DNA of 64,000 bases from Cyanophora paradoxa CCMP329 (lineage: Eukaryota > Plantae > Glaucophyta): NCBI GenBank assembly GCA_004431415.1, contig QPMI01000017.1, positions 310,001 to 374,000 on the forward strand. The letters run 5' to 3'. This document shows, piece by piece, positions 47,039 to 59,843 of the stretch. How positions within the stretch are numbered: position 1 is the first letter of the stretch; the number at the start of each line of letters is the position of its first letter. The position numbers and the translations under genes are program-made. The notes below the pieces were generated by a model that ran no database searches, had not been told where the DNA came from, and was given only the letters and a program-made list of their open reading frames with translations.

Positions 47039-49210
47039 CTACTCGCCGGTGAGCCAGCGGGTGGCGTGCACGAAGACGTCGAAGGGGGCCCCCGCGGCCA
47101 CTGCGACGCGCACGAAGCCGCTGTTCGTCGTCACCGTCACCGCCCCCAGCGAGTCCCCCGTCCCGAACACCGCCTGGGGCGAATGTCAGGTGATCTGGGA
47201 AGCTGGGGGCCGGGGGAGGGGCACGCGGGCGTGCCTTCTGGAGGGCGCGGCAGCGGCCGACCTCGCGGAGGGCGGCGGCGCGCGGGGAGACGCAGTCCGG
47301 CACCGTCCGCACCCGCCTCAGGAACTCCTCGGCCCGCGCGCGCTCCCGCGGGCCCGCCGCGATCGCCAGCACCTTCCTGCCGGCGAACGGGCCCCTCGGA
47401 CCCGGGAAGAGCCGGCACCGGCCGGGTACGGCTCACACCGGAACTGGTCGACGGCACTGGCGCAGGCGACGAGCTCGCGCCCCGCGAGGACCGCCTCCAG
47501 CCTCAACAGCAGCCGCTCCTCCCTCTCCTCCTCGAACTGGGGGTTATTGAGCGGGGCGGGGGCACAGGGCGACGGAGAGAGCGCGGCGGGCCTGGCGGCG
47601 GAGGACGCGCTTGTTTAGGAACTTGACGCCGGGCCGCCCCGTCCGCAGCAGCCGCGGGCTCGGGCTCCCCTCGCCCCCGGCCCCGCTCCCGCCCTCCTCC
47701 TGCCCCGCCTCGCCCCCCTCCACCTCCTCCTCCTGGGGGCGGAAGGGCTCCCCGCCGGCCTCGCGTGGCTCGCAGACCGACCCCTCGTCGCAGCTGTACG
47801 CTGCGCCCCCGTCAGCCCCCGCCGCCGCCGACCCCGACCGCTCAGGGAAGGCGCGCGCCGTCGAGGTCGCAGTGGCTGATCTCGCTGGTGAGCGCGAGGA
47901 GGCTCGTCACGTCCAGGTTCAGCAGCGGTGCCGAGCCGGCCGCCAGGCGCACCGCCCCGGGGTGCCACTGCCCGCCCCGCTCCGCGCACCCCAGCGCCCC
48001 GCCATCCTCCGCACCCGCCCCGCTTGCCGCCGGCGGGGGCGGCTCCGGCGGGGGCGGCCCCGGGGCCTCCGTGGGGGCCTCCTCGCCCCGCCTCCGCGTA
48101 CCCCCCTCGTCTTCGCCTTCCGCCTCGCTGGAGTCCTCCTCGTCCTCGTCCGAGGAGGCCAGGAGGCGCTCGGGGCGCAGGGGCACGTCCCACACGAACC
48201 CTCCGGGTTCGGGAGCACCTGCGGGGCCGCCGCGCGTCGGACGCGGGGCGGGCGGTCGGGCCGGGCGGGGCGGGCGAAGGGGGCGCACGCGGCCCTCGAC
48301 GCGGGCGCCCATGGCCGCCAGGAGCGTGGCGATGACCTCGGAGACCCCCGCGGGGAAGCGGAAGAGCACGGCCGGGGGCCGCCCCAGGCACGGGTTCTGC
48401 TGCGCCGCCCGCAGCAGCGTCCGCGCGCGCCGCCGGATGCCCCGCCCCTCGAACCGCAGCTGCTCCGCCGTCGGCCGCGCCCCCGGGCTCATCGCCTTGA
48501 CGTCGATCTGCGGGGTGGGGGGGGCGCTCACGTGGAGCGCAGGTCTGGACTCGCGCGCGCGTGCACGTGCGCACCCACGTGGCACCGTAGTCGGCGACGA
48601 CCTCGACCGCTATGGCCATCGCCCGCCCGTCCAGCGAGAACTGCGGCCAAGGGGCGCGCTCAGCCCGGCGCGCGGGCGGGATCATGCAAGTTGCTGGGGT
48701 CGCGGCGCGCCTTCTGGTTGACGGCCACGACGCCGGCCAGCGTCCTGGCGCAGTGGAGGACGGCCTCGAGGTGCGGCAGGTTGCTGGAGGCGACGCGCGG
48801 CGCGCTCGCCTCCAGCTGCCCGCTGTCCATCTTCGCGAGGAACGCGGCCTCCGCCTTCAGCTTTCGCACCAGCTTCTCCAGGCCCACGATCTCCCGCTTC
48901 TGCTGCCTCACCTCATGCTTCAGCTCCTCCGCCTGCCTGCAGCGCTCGTCAGCGCCAGGGCGGGCCTAGCTAAGACCGCTCAGCACGGCGGCCGCGGCAT
49001 CGCCGATGTGTACGCATGCGCGGGGGATATCTGACGCGGGCTCGCGCATGCGCACTGGATCAACTCCTTTGCGCGGTCGTAGAGCCGGCGCGCCACGCTC
49101 AGCCTTGCGGCGCGCGCCGCTGCGTCGTCATCGCTCTCCTCCTCGCTGCTCTCGGCCAGAAGCGCGGCAGCTCGCTCGAGCTCGTCGAGCTCGCGTTCGA
49201 CGGCGGCCAT
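47039..49210 (-). CDS. UPF0415 / C7orf25-like protein (DUF5614 + DUF1308)
   Basis: IVGLEKL.RKLKAEAAFL, SSNLPHLEA, VEVVADYGATW, LNLDVTSLLALTSEISH, VFVHATRWLTG. Confidence 0.85.
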
Positions 49211-49242
49211 CCAGTGCGCTGGCACTGTACCCGGGTTGGGCA

Positions 49243-50933
49243 ATGCAGGTCGCGTTCCAGCTTCCCGGCGCCGCCGTTCGACTCCACACTGGAACTTTTG
49301 CAGCGAATACGGCCACTTGCCCGGCAGAACCCGGCCCGGCGGGCGCGGAGATGCGGCGGGCAGAACGGCGCGAACCACTTAGAAACCAGCGCGGCGTTGC
49401 CGTGCCGTCGAGGAGCTTCTTCGGTTCGACATTCATTGCAACGACGTCGAGCTCCCGGCGAGGTCCGTGCCACACGGTTTGCATGATGCTGCATGCGCAG
49501 TGAGCGCCGGCCCTTCGCAAGCTGGGCGGCCGCCGACCGGCCGCGGCCGTATAAGGCTTTCCTCGGCTTGTAGTGCCCGGCGCCTTCTAGGTGCTCATGC
49601 ACAACGCGCAGGATGCAGGTCGATTGTGACCGCGGGCGCCGGCCCCGCGCGTGCGAGGGGCCCGGTCTCCCAGTTCTCCCCGCTGATATCGCCCTCGAAG
49701 CTGGAGAAGCTCCTGGAGGATGAGGAGCAGGTGCAGCGCTCCGGACCCCCCCGGCTGCGCGTGCACGTGCACGAACCTCGAAGGGAACCGCCTAGTTCTA
49801 ACGCCGCCCGCGCGGCAGGACCTGGTGGTGCTTGACGTACGGCCGCTGGACCTGTTCATCCGCGGGCATGTGCCCGGCGCCCGCCACTTCGACATGGAGG
49901 CCGAGGGGTACGACCCTGACAGCGTCTACCCCAACACGCTACCCAGGGTGCGGGCCGCCCCAAGCGGGCGCCCCGTGCCAGGGCGCACCTGAGCGTGGAC
50001 ATTTTCAGGCGGGCGCCTTCTGCGAGGCGATGGGCAGGCTCGGCGTCTCCAACTCCAGCCTCGTCGTGATCGTGGGGGACCCCCCCGTGAACGCGGTGCG
50101 CGCGTACCCCCCCTCCCGTCCGACGCTCCGACTCTCCCGGGGCTCACGGTACCCCAGCGGCTGTGGTGGACCCTGCGGGCCTTCGGCCACACGAGCGCGG
50201 CCGTGCTGGACGGGGGGTACAGGGCCTGGTTCGACGAGGCGGGTACCCTGGAGGCGGGCCTGGACTCCGTGTTCGGGAAGGAGGGCAAGTTCACGCCGCG
50301 GCGGCCCCCGGGGGGCGCCGCCTCCATCTCCGCCGAGGACCTCCTCGACGTGCCTACCCCCCCCCCTTCTTCCCCCCCCCCAGGCCAATCTGGGATTGTA
50401 CCCCCGCAGGAGCTGGGTTCGGTGCAGGTCCTCGACGCGCGCGACGCTTCCTTCTTCAGCGGCGAGCAGGTCCGCCCCGGTCCCGGCCCCGGCCGCGGCT
50501 TCGGCCTCTGACGATCGGGGGGCGGGGCAGGGGAAGGGCCGCGGGGGCCACGTGCCCGGGGCGCGGAGCGTGCCCGCGTCGCTCTTCTACACGGCGGACG
50601 GGAGCTTCGTGCCGGAGGAGGCGGCGCGGGAGGCGCTGCGGGCGGCCGGCGTGGACCTCGCCCGCCCCGCCGTCGCCTACTGCAACCGCGGCCTCCAGGC
50701 CACCGTCCTTCTCTTCGCGCTCGAGCGCGCCGCCGGGCCCGCCGCGCCCCACCTCCGCCTCTACGACCCCGGCTGGGAAGGTGCCCTCGCCCCGGGCGCG
50801 CGTGCGCACCGCCCTTGCCAACGTTGTTCGAAGCTTAATGAAAGTGCGGGGCGCAGAGTGGGGCCCGAGGAAAGAGCTGCCCGTAGAGACGTCTGCCCCC
50901 AGCTTGGCAAGGGAGGGCGGCGGCGCCAGCTAG
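49243..50933 (+). CDS. Two-domain rhodanese / sulfurtransferase with plastid-type presequence
   Basis: VVLDVR...GHVPGA, RLWWTLRAFGH, LDGG...W, VLDAR, GHVPGA, AYCNRG, LYDPGWEEW. Confidence 0.9.
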
Positions 50934-51277
50934 CAAGCTAGCCGGGGCTGCAGCGCGTTCTCAGAGCCTGGAATCATCGGATTTGAATCGCGTTTATTTC
51001 TGATTGACAGAAGGCTACATCAGCTGCAGCAGGTATCGGAGTAGCAGTTGTAGTTGTACGTAGTTGTACAGGGTTAAAGTAGTAGTGCAGGGTGTTATAG
51101 TACATGTACAAAGTAGCTACAAGTGAGAACATAGAATGGACGACTGTACAGGCGGTCCCAAAACGACATCGCATCTAAACAGAATAATGAAACACCTAGG
51201 GAACTAACAGAGAAAAGTACAGACCCCTTCGGGGCAGTTTAGTTACACGCCGGCGGACGGCCGGGCCGTTTATATAA

Positions 51278-51995
51278 TTATCTGTATATCTTGGAGAAGA
51301 AGGCGCGGAGGCCGCCCTTGCGTCCCTGGGCCGCGCAGACGGCCGCGGACGGGGTATCCGAGCGTTCGACGAACTCCCAGTCGCCCGCCGGGGCGGCGGG
51401 ACTCGCCGCCGGCTCGTCGGCGATGGAGGAGTAGCTACGGACAGCCGGCAGGTCGACGATGTCCTGCGATACGGTAAGGACCCGGAAAGTGCGGTCGAAG
51501 CCCGCGACCGGACCTCCTCGTTCAGCCCGTCGAGGTCCTCCAGCTCGGTTGTCAGGACGTCCAAGTCAATGACGTCCACGCCGTTTAGCTCCTGCGCGTT
51601 CAAGCAGTGAGAAACAGCTGCGTGCACGCAGAATACGGAATGGGAACGGCTGGGGCGCCGCGCTGACGCTTCGGCCACGGGCACGCGGCGTGCGCGCGGT
51701 ACCGGTCTGTTATGGTTTTAGGCCGGCGCACCTGGCGCGCGGCGGTATCTTCTGATTGAGGCAGGGCAGTAAAGCTGATTTCTGCTGCACCCCGCGCGAT
51801 GCCCAGCTTCCTGAGAGAGATCGCTGCCTCCAGCGAAAATTCGAAACGGAGGTCACGCCGCGCCGCCCTGCGGGGAGCTGACAGATGAAGCGGCAGATGC
51901 TGGCAGATGGACTGCGCATTCTCCGCAGGGAAGCTGATATCGCTGGGGCTCAGGGGCGACGCGGCTCCTGGCAGGGAGAAACCGGCGCGCTGCAT
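51278..51995 (-). CDS. Small acidic hypothetical protein; start uncertain
   Basis: Clean GT-AG joins ELNGVDVIDLDVL...LNEE|DIVDLP...DWEFV...GLRAFFSKIYR*. Confidence 0.45.
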
Positions 51996-52244
51996 AGCTC
52001 TCTAGATCTGGATAATGCTGCTTTGGTGTTCCTGTACCGTCCAGCTGCCGCACAGGTTTCGGCTGATTCTGAGGAATCACTGTATAAGACCAAGACACTT
52101 TGCACGAAGCTCGTACCCCCAAACCCGGACCTGTCCGACCTGCTTTCTGCTGCTCGGCGTTCCGGTGCAGTTCGACGCAGCTGGTACGACGCGTAGGGCG
52201 CTCTGGCACTTTTAGCAAGCGGGTTTGCAAGCGGCGTGGACGCT

Positions 52245-54068
52245 ATGTCAGTCAAAGCGGTGTTGATGGTCGGCGGGCCGACGAAGGGCACGCGCTTCCG
52301 GCCCATCTCGCTGTCCTCGCGCTGGATCCCGAAGCCGCTCTTCCCGATTGCCGGGCGGCCGATGATCCTGCACCACATTGAGGCGTGCGCGAAGCTCCCT
52401 TCGCTGAAGTCCATCCTCATGATCGGCTTCTACGAGGAGGAGGACTTCTCGGAGTTCGTACGGACCACCTCCGCCCAGCTGAACATCCCCATCCGGTGCG
52501 CCCCGGTGCGCCCGGGCCTCGCTGCCCTCCGCTAATACGTCTTTTTAGCTACGTTCGCGAGCCGGAGTCGCTCGGCACCGCCGGCGGCCTCCACCATTTC
52601 CGCAAGATGATCCTCGACGGCAACCCGGAGTACATCTTCGCCATGCACTGCGACATCTGCTCGAAGTTCCCTCTGCAGGAGATGCTTCAGTTCCACAAGA
52701 CGCACGGAGGCCCCTGCACCATCCTCGGCAAGCGGGTGCGCGGCCCGCGTGGCGCGCGTACGGCCGGTCGGCGAGCGGGGCGAACCGGGCGTGCGCGCGG
52801 CAGGTCTCGAAGGACGAGGCGCGCGCGTTCGGCTGCATGGCGATGGACCCGAACACGCACGAGATGATGCACTACGCCGAGAAGCCCGAGTCCTTCGTCA
52901 CCGACCTCATCAACTGCGGTGCGCCGCGCGCGCCGCCGCCGGCGCGCCGGCTCACGTGCTCCCTCGCAGGCATCTACCTCTTCTCGCCGAAGATCTTCGA
53001 CACGTTCGCGGAGGTGGCGGAGGAGTTCAAGCAGAAGCGCTCGGAGGCGAGCGTGAGCTCTCCAGCGCACGGCGACGAGCTGGCGCACCACCTCGAGTCC
53101 CTACAGAACCTCCCCGTCGGCCACATCCGGTCCGCCGCCGCCGCGCCGCCTGCCGCGCCGCCTGCCGCGCCGCGCCGCGCCGGGCGCGAGGCGAGGCGGC
53201 GGGGCGGGCAGGCTGGAGCAGGACATCCTGACGCCCCTCTCGGGCCGCAAGCTCTTCTACGTCCTGGAGACGACCGGACCCTGGATGCAGATCAAGTCCC
53301 TCGGCGCCGCCCTCCGCTGCTCCGAAATGCGCGCCCCGCCCCGGCCCGCCCCCGCGCCGGCCGCCGTCGCTGAGCCGCCCGCAGATACATGGACGCGTAC
53401 CGGACGGCACACCCGGAGCTGCTGTACCCCGGCGTGCCCCCGCGCCCCGGCCCGCAGTGCGCCCCGCGCCCCGCCCGAGGCTCTCCGAGGTCGAGGGGGC
53501 CTGACGGGGGGGCAGCCCGGAGATCCAGGGCACGGTGATCATCCACCCGTCCGCGGAGGTGCACCCGACCGCCCGCCTCGGGCCCAACGTCTTCATCAGG
53601 TGCCCCGGCGCCTCCGCGAGGCCGCGCCGCCCGCCGGCGCTGAGGGCGGCGGGCAGCGCGGGGGCGAAGATCGGGCCCGGCGCGCGCGTCAAGCACTCCA
53701 TCGTGCTCGACAACGCGGACATCCGGGTGCGCCCCGCCCGCCCGGCCTCACCTCCGCCTCCTTCAACGCGGCGGCAGGCGCACGCGTGCGTGCTGTACGC
53801 GGTGGTCGGCTGGGCGAGCCGCATTGCGCAGTGGGCCCGTGTCGAGGGCCGCGCCGACTTCGACCCCTCCAAGACCGACCAGGTGCGCGCTGCGCTGCCC
53901 CCCCGAGCCCCGCGCGCGCGCCCTGACGCGCGGGGGCGGGCGCAGTCGAACGGGATCTGCATGTTCGGGGAGGGGGTGACGGTGGAGCCGGAGCTCGTCG
54001 TGCGCTCCTGCATCGTGCTGCCCCACAAGGCCCTCGCCAAGTCCTGCCACAACGAGGTCATATTGTGA
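52245..54068 (+). CDS. GMPPA: Mannose-1-phosphate guanylyltransferase alpha / regulatory subunit
   Basis: VGGPTKGTRFRP...[70 protein letters not shown]. Confidence 0.95.
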
Positions 54069-54462
54069 GCCCCGGCCGGGCCGCCGTACGCCTAGGCCGG
54101 GCGCCCCGCCGGGCCGGGCCGGCTGGCTTTTTTTCCAGAGTAGGCTTGTCGACGTCCAGTTACCCAGCAGAGCAGGAGTGATACTGTATACGTAATTCTT
54201 TACGGCTAACATGTACACGCGGCGGCGCAAATGGCTCCTAACTTGAAACCGTTGAACAAAAATGAACCCTTATCTACTATGAACACTTAAAGCGCGAATG
54301 TGCGAACACAGTATACCCTAAGCGCAAAAGCAAGCTAATTATAAGTACGTTTACGCTAGCTACTAGCTATGAGTAACTAACTCTACGGCGCAAGAAAGAG
54401 TCCAAGCTTTAAGATTGAAACAGAAATGGCACGCGTTCCTCTGATCGGCCTCGAGCTCGCCG

Positions 54463-57400
54463 TCATGTCTTGCCGCGGCGTCGCTTGCCTCCGGACGCCC
54501 CGTCTGGCGCCCCCTCCTGCGGGGGCGCGCCGTCGGGACGGGCTAGTGCGCCCGCAGGCTTCGAGAGCGACGCGGCGTACCTGAGCGGCCTGGGTGGTGG
54601 CGGCGGTGTCGGCGGCGGCTGGGCCGGACTTGGGCGGGGCGGGGCGGCGGGGCCGGCCGCGGGGCCTGGCGGGGCTCGCCTGCTCCCCGTCCCGCCGCCC
54701 TCCTCGTCCTGGGGGCGGCCCCCGCCCCCGCCTGCGCCCCCGCGTCTTCGGCGCCGCCTTCGCGCTTTCGCCGCCGCCCGCGCCCGCGCCGCCGGCCGGC
54801 CCCCGCGCTCACTCGGGCCGGCCTCCGGAGACGTGGCGGGGCTGGGCCCTCGGCTCGCGGGGAACCGGCCCGGACGGCGACGACGCCGGCGGGCGGGCCG
54901 CTGCCGCCGCCGCCGCCGCTGCCGCTGCCGACCGCGCGGATCGCCGGCTGCTGCGGCCGCTGCTGCGACGCCGCCCCCAAGGGCGCGCCGGGGGCGCCCC
55001 CGGCAGCTGCCGGCCCTCCTTCGGGCCCCTGGGGCGGCCCGGGCGGCGCCGCCGCAGAGCCCGACCCGGGGTCTCGGGCGGCGGTCCCCGCCGGTGCTCC
55101 TGCTCCGACGGGCGCGACCTGCTGCAGCTGCGTTTGGCGCGGCGGTTCCTGTTGCGGCTGCGGTGGCTGCGGCGACTGCTGCTGCTGCTGCTGGTGCTGC
55201 TGCTGCGGTTGCTGGTGCTGCTGCTGCGGCGGCGGCGGTTGCTGCTGCACTTGCTGTTGCTGCTGCGGAGGCGGCGGCAGCGGCTGCGGCGGCTGGTATT
55301 GCTGTTGTTGTGGTTGCCGGTGCTCTTGCTGCTGCTGGCGACGCTGCTGCTGCTGCTGCTGCTGCTGTTGCTGTGTCTGCTGGTGCCCCTGTTGCATTCC
55401 CGGATGCGGCTGTGATAGCTGCTGCTGCGGCTGCTGCGGCTGCGGCTGTAGCTGGCCGGGGAAGGCGGGGGCGGGGACGAGCATGGGGACGACGCTCAGG
55501 CCGAGGCCGCCCAGGGTCAGCCCCCCGAGGCCCGTCGGCGCCCCGAGGGCACCCCCGGGGCCCACCGCCACGGGGACGACGTGCGGCCCCATCGGCATCG
55601 GGTAGGCCACGGGTCCCGAACTCGCCGCTTGAACGCTTGCCGCCGCCGGCCGTTGGGGCAGGCGCGGCTGCCCGGGCGGTGGCGCCTGCATCAGCGGCCG
55701 CGGGCGGTGCTGCTTGGGCGGTGCACTCGGCTCCCTGTTCTTCCGCGGCCGGCCCCGCTTCCGCTTCTCGGGCTGCCGCACACTCAGCCGCAGGCGAACG
55801 GGGCGCGAGGGCCGGGACCGCTCACCACGGGCTCGGCTGCTGGCGCAGGGGTAGGGGCGGAGGGGGCCTCCGGGCCCCGCAGGGCGAGCGGGACGGGGGC
55901 GGGCTGGAAGAAGCCGCCCCCCGTGGGGAAGTAGGCGGTGCCGACGAACGTGGGCGCCTGCGCGGCGCCCTGGAAGGAAGGCACGTGAAGGAAGCCGTGG
56001 CCGGCGGAAGGGAAGCCATGCCCCAGCTGCTGCTGCTGCTGCTGCGGCTGCTGGGGCAGCCCCGGCTGGCACATGCCGGCGGGGATCAGCACGGGGCCGC
56101 CCACGCTGAAGCCCGCCAGCGCCATCCCGTGGGGCCCCATCTGCAGGCCCCCGGGGCTCCAGAAGAGCCCCGTCCCGCCCTGCGCGTTCCCAAGCGCCGG
56201 CGCCGGCGCCGCCGCCGCCGACGACGACGACGACGAGGACGAGGACGACGCCGCCGCCGGCATCGGGCTCGGCTGCCGCTGCCCCTGCGCCTCGGCCGCC
56301 GCCCGCACCGCCCTCTCCGCCTTCTCCCGCGCCGCCTCTGACCCCGCCCGCCCGGTCGGCCCGGGCGGCTCAACAGCGCGGCGCGGCGCGGGGCGGCGCG
56401 CACTCTCCCGCGCGTCGCGCTTGTTCGTCGCGCGGAGCATCTGCGGGGGCGGCCGCGGCTGCAGGTCGGGCACCCAGAGGGTCTGCCGCCCCCCGATCGT
56501 CTCCCGCTGCACAGCGTGCCTCCCTGCGCCCGCCCCGCGGTCAGGGCCGAGAGAGGACAGAGAATCAGACAGGAGGGGCGGGGCTCGCCCATGTAGAGCG
56601 CGTTCTTCTTCGCGTGGCGGACGTGGACGAGCCAGTCCTCGGGGAGGCGCCCCGCGTCGCCCTCGACCTCCACCGACATCCGCACCACGCGCTCCATCAC
56701 GCCCCGCAGCCGCCCCGCCTGCTCCGCCTGCCGCCCCGTCCAGTGTACGGCGCGCGCTCTAGAGGGGCGCGGGCACCGTGAGGGCGGAGGCCATGGTCAA
56801 GGGGTGCACGCGCAGCTGGAAGCAGATCTCGTCCGCCATCCTGCGAGGAAGGGGACCCTACCCTCGGCCCCTTCGGAAGCCCTGGGCCCCCTGCGAGGCG
56901 CTCGCACCAGTTCCCGACGCCGCCGACGATGGAGTTGTCGATGAGGGCGCACTTGAGCGACGCGGTCTTCTTCCCCAGGATCCCGATTATCGTCGCCTCG
57001 TCCGGCATCTCCTCCAGCGCGTCCCTGCGGGGGGTACGTGCGCTCGGATCCGCGGAGAGGGAGGGAGGGAGGGAGGGGGAGGGGGGGGGGAGGGGGGGAG
57101 GGGGAGGGGAAGCGCACCGAACGACGGCCCTCACGTCCCGCATCCTCGGGTCTGCGAACGCCCGTCACGTAGAGACCAGGGGCTAGTGGGGAGAAAGGGG
57201 AGGAGAGGAGGGGGGGGGGGGTAATCGATTTGTGGGGGGATCTAGCCCCTAGCCCCCGCAGGTATGACAGGGATGGAAGACGGGGCGGTGAGGCGTGGCG
57301 GAGTGCAACCAAAGGGAAGGGGGTACTGCAGATCGGCTGGCGGCGGGGGGAGCTCGAGGCGGGCACCCTCGAGGGTGCCGACGCGGATGCGCGTGCACAG

Positions 57401-57970
57401 GCGGCGGATGCTGCCGAAGGCGAAGCGGTCGACGCCGTCGATGGTGAACTCCACGCAGGCGCTGTACGGCCGGTCGGCCTCCGTCGAGTAGAAGTGGAAG
57501 TCCCCATCCAGCGTGAACGTGAAGAAGGGATACGGCTGCGGCGGGCGCAGAGTAAGCGCGACAACAAGAGACCCTACGAAGGTCCCAAGCTCAAGGGGCC
57601 CGGCCCGGCCCGCGCACCGGCTGATCCAGTTCGAACCACTGCAGGCCAGGCGGGCCGTGAGCGGCGCGGCGCAGCGCGGAAAAAGGAGCAGGGCCGACGC
57701 ACGATGAACTTTGCGCGGCGTACGCACGCTTGGATTCGCCGCCCGACGAGCTTGGCGAGCTCGGCATCGGACGCGTCGACAACCGTGTTGCCCTCCGCTC
57801 CGCGTTCGGTCTACGTACAGGGACGCGTCACCCGTCGCAGATTGTGCTCAACTGGTTGTACCTAACGAGCGCACCGACTTCACCCAGAAGGCAGTGATGG
57901 TGCGCCCGCGCAGCATCTGCTCGGCGCGCTTCCTCATGAGCTCGACCTCTGGAAGCTCCACGGGGGCCAT
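54463..57970 (-). CDS. Fpg/MutM-family DNA glycosylase (plant/fungal zincless type) fused to an AT-hook and Gln-rich tail
   Basis: MAPVELPEVE, RRAK, LKCALIDNSIVGGVGNW|MADEICFQ.R.HP (H2TH), GGRQT.WVP.LQ, KRKRGRPRK, poly-Q. Confidence 0.85.
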
Positions 57971-58306
57971 GGCTGCAGCAGCTCAGAGCTGCAGCGCAGC
58001 TCTGCGGCTAGCCCGGGGCTGCGGCTGCAGGCCTGGATCCGGACTTCGACCCAGCCAGGGTACCGATATCCGCCCGCTGAAGAGCTCTCCTGCCCCGCAC
58101 AGTACGCAACCTAAGTTGAACGGTTACCGGTACCCAATTTGCAACTAAGTAAGATCAAGAAAAGTTGCCGGCAAACCCGCCCCGAGCTCGAGCTGCCAAA
58201 ACCGTCAACGATGCGATCATGATCAAATTCCCATGCCGATTCCGAATTCCTGGCCCCGCCGCAGCGGCATGCCACCTCACGCGTAGGCGATCTAGATATG
58301 CGCAGA

Positions 58307-59843
58307 TCAGACGGTCCGTGCTGGCGGCTCCGTCCTCGCGCGCTTGGCCGTGGGAGGGCGATCCGGATTCTCGAGCTCGGCGCCGGTCATGGCGCCGGAA
58401 GTCTCGGCGGGCTCTGCGGCCCTGGGCTGCTGCTGGTTGGGCCCATCTTCTTTACCGAGACTCGGCCCCGGCGCCGCCCCGTGGTCTTTTGCAAGCACCA
58501 GCTTGGCCAGCCTGCTGAGGGCGGCGCCCGCCCGCCCGCGCAGCAGCCACTGCAGCGCCCAAGCACCGATCAGAAAACTCTTGAAATGCGGTGTTAGATG
58601 TAGCCTAGTTGCGGGCCCGCCTCTGGGGCAGCTAACGCTAGCGCGCGCTGCAAATAGAAAGCACAAACGCGTGCGGCTTACTGTGGCACGGCTGTCCAGC
58701 GGGGTGGGGTTCGCGTTAATGATCGCCAGAGACGCCCCCGACTGCCGCAATCTGTGTAAGCCGCGGCTGCTTCGTCGACGGAGCGAGCGCTGCACCTCGA
58801 GGGCGATCTGAGGGCGAGGGGCGGCGTCAGAGATCTAGAAAGCCCGAGGCCTGCAAGATCGAGGGCCCTGGAGCGCACCTCGGGGATGAGGCAGGCCGGC
58901 ATCACGGCGAGGCTCGAGCCGACGACGACGCACAGGTCGCCCGCCCTCAGCGCCCGCGCCGCCTCCTCCGCCCGCTCCCACGCCCCCTGCGCGCGCACGC
59001 CGCGGCGTCGGCGTCGGCGCCCGGCCGCGTCGGCCGCGTCGGCCGCGTCGGCGGCGGCTGCGCACGGGCGGGAGGTCCTCTCCGAAGAGGAGGTCGTCGG
59101 GGCGGAGCTTGCCGCGGCACCGCGGGCGCCGGCAGAGCAGCTCCTCCCCGCAGCGGTAGGCCCCCTCCTTGTACTCCTCCTCCGAGAGCTCGCGCGCCGG
59201 GAGGACCGTCCGCGAGTCCGCCGTCTGGCCGCACTGCATGCAGCTGACGGTCCTGCGTGCACCGTCAGCGTTTCGCGAAGCGCGAGCCGCGGGCCGGGCG
59301 GCCACGGACCGCAGGTTGCCGTGGAGCTCGACTACCTTCCGCGAGCCAGCGGCCTGGTGGAGGCCGTCGACGTTCTGCGTCACGATGAGATCGACGCGCC
59401 CCGCTGCCTCGAGCTCCGCCAGCGCCCGGTGGCCCTCATGCGGCTCCACCTCTGCAGGCGTAACTCGCTCAGATGGCTTCAAGGGAGAGTCATCCGAGCC
59501 CACTCACCCCACAGCGTCTTGATGCGGCAGTGGTAGAATGCCCAGAACTGCCGCGGCGATCGGCGGAGGTACGCGAGGGTGCAGAGCGTCTGCGGGTGCT
59601 GGCGCCAGAGCTAAAGTGGCGTGAGCGCGCGAAAAGCGCGGCGCGGCGAGCGCAAAAAGCGCGGCGCAGCGAGCTCACCCCCGTGGCGCTTCTGAAGTCC
59701 GGAATTCCGCTCTCCGTGCTTAATCCAGCGCCTCCGAACACCAGGATGCGCGACGCGCCACGCCAGGCGTCGGCAAGCGATCTCTCGGCCGCCGGGTCGC
59801 TGGGGAGCTCCGGGGGCGCATGCGAGCAGTCCGCGCGCCTCAT
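58307..59843 (-). CDS. Sir2-family NAD-dependent deacylase; start approximate
   Basis: GGAGLSTESGIPDFRS, TQNVDGLH, ELHGN, CMQC..C..C, RPD...FGE, VGSSLAV.PA, IINANPTPLD. Confidence 0.93.

Noticed and set aside
51885-52196. Plus-strand 103 aa ORF upstream of GMPPA
   Set aside because: No motif or splice support; it lies in a probable divergent promoter region.
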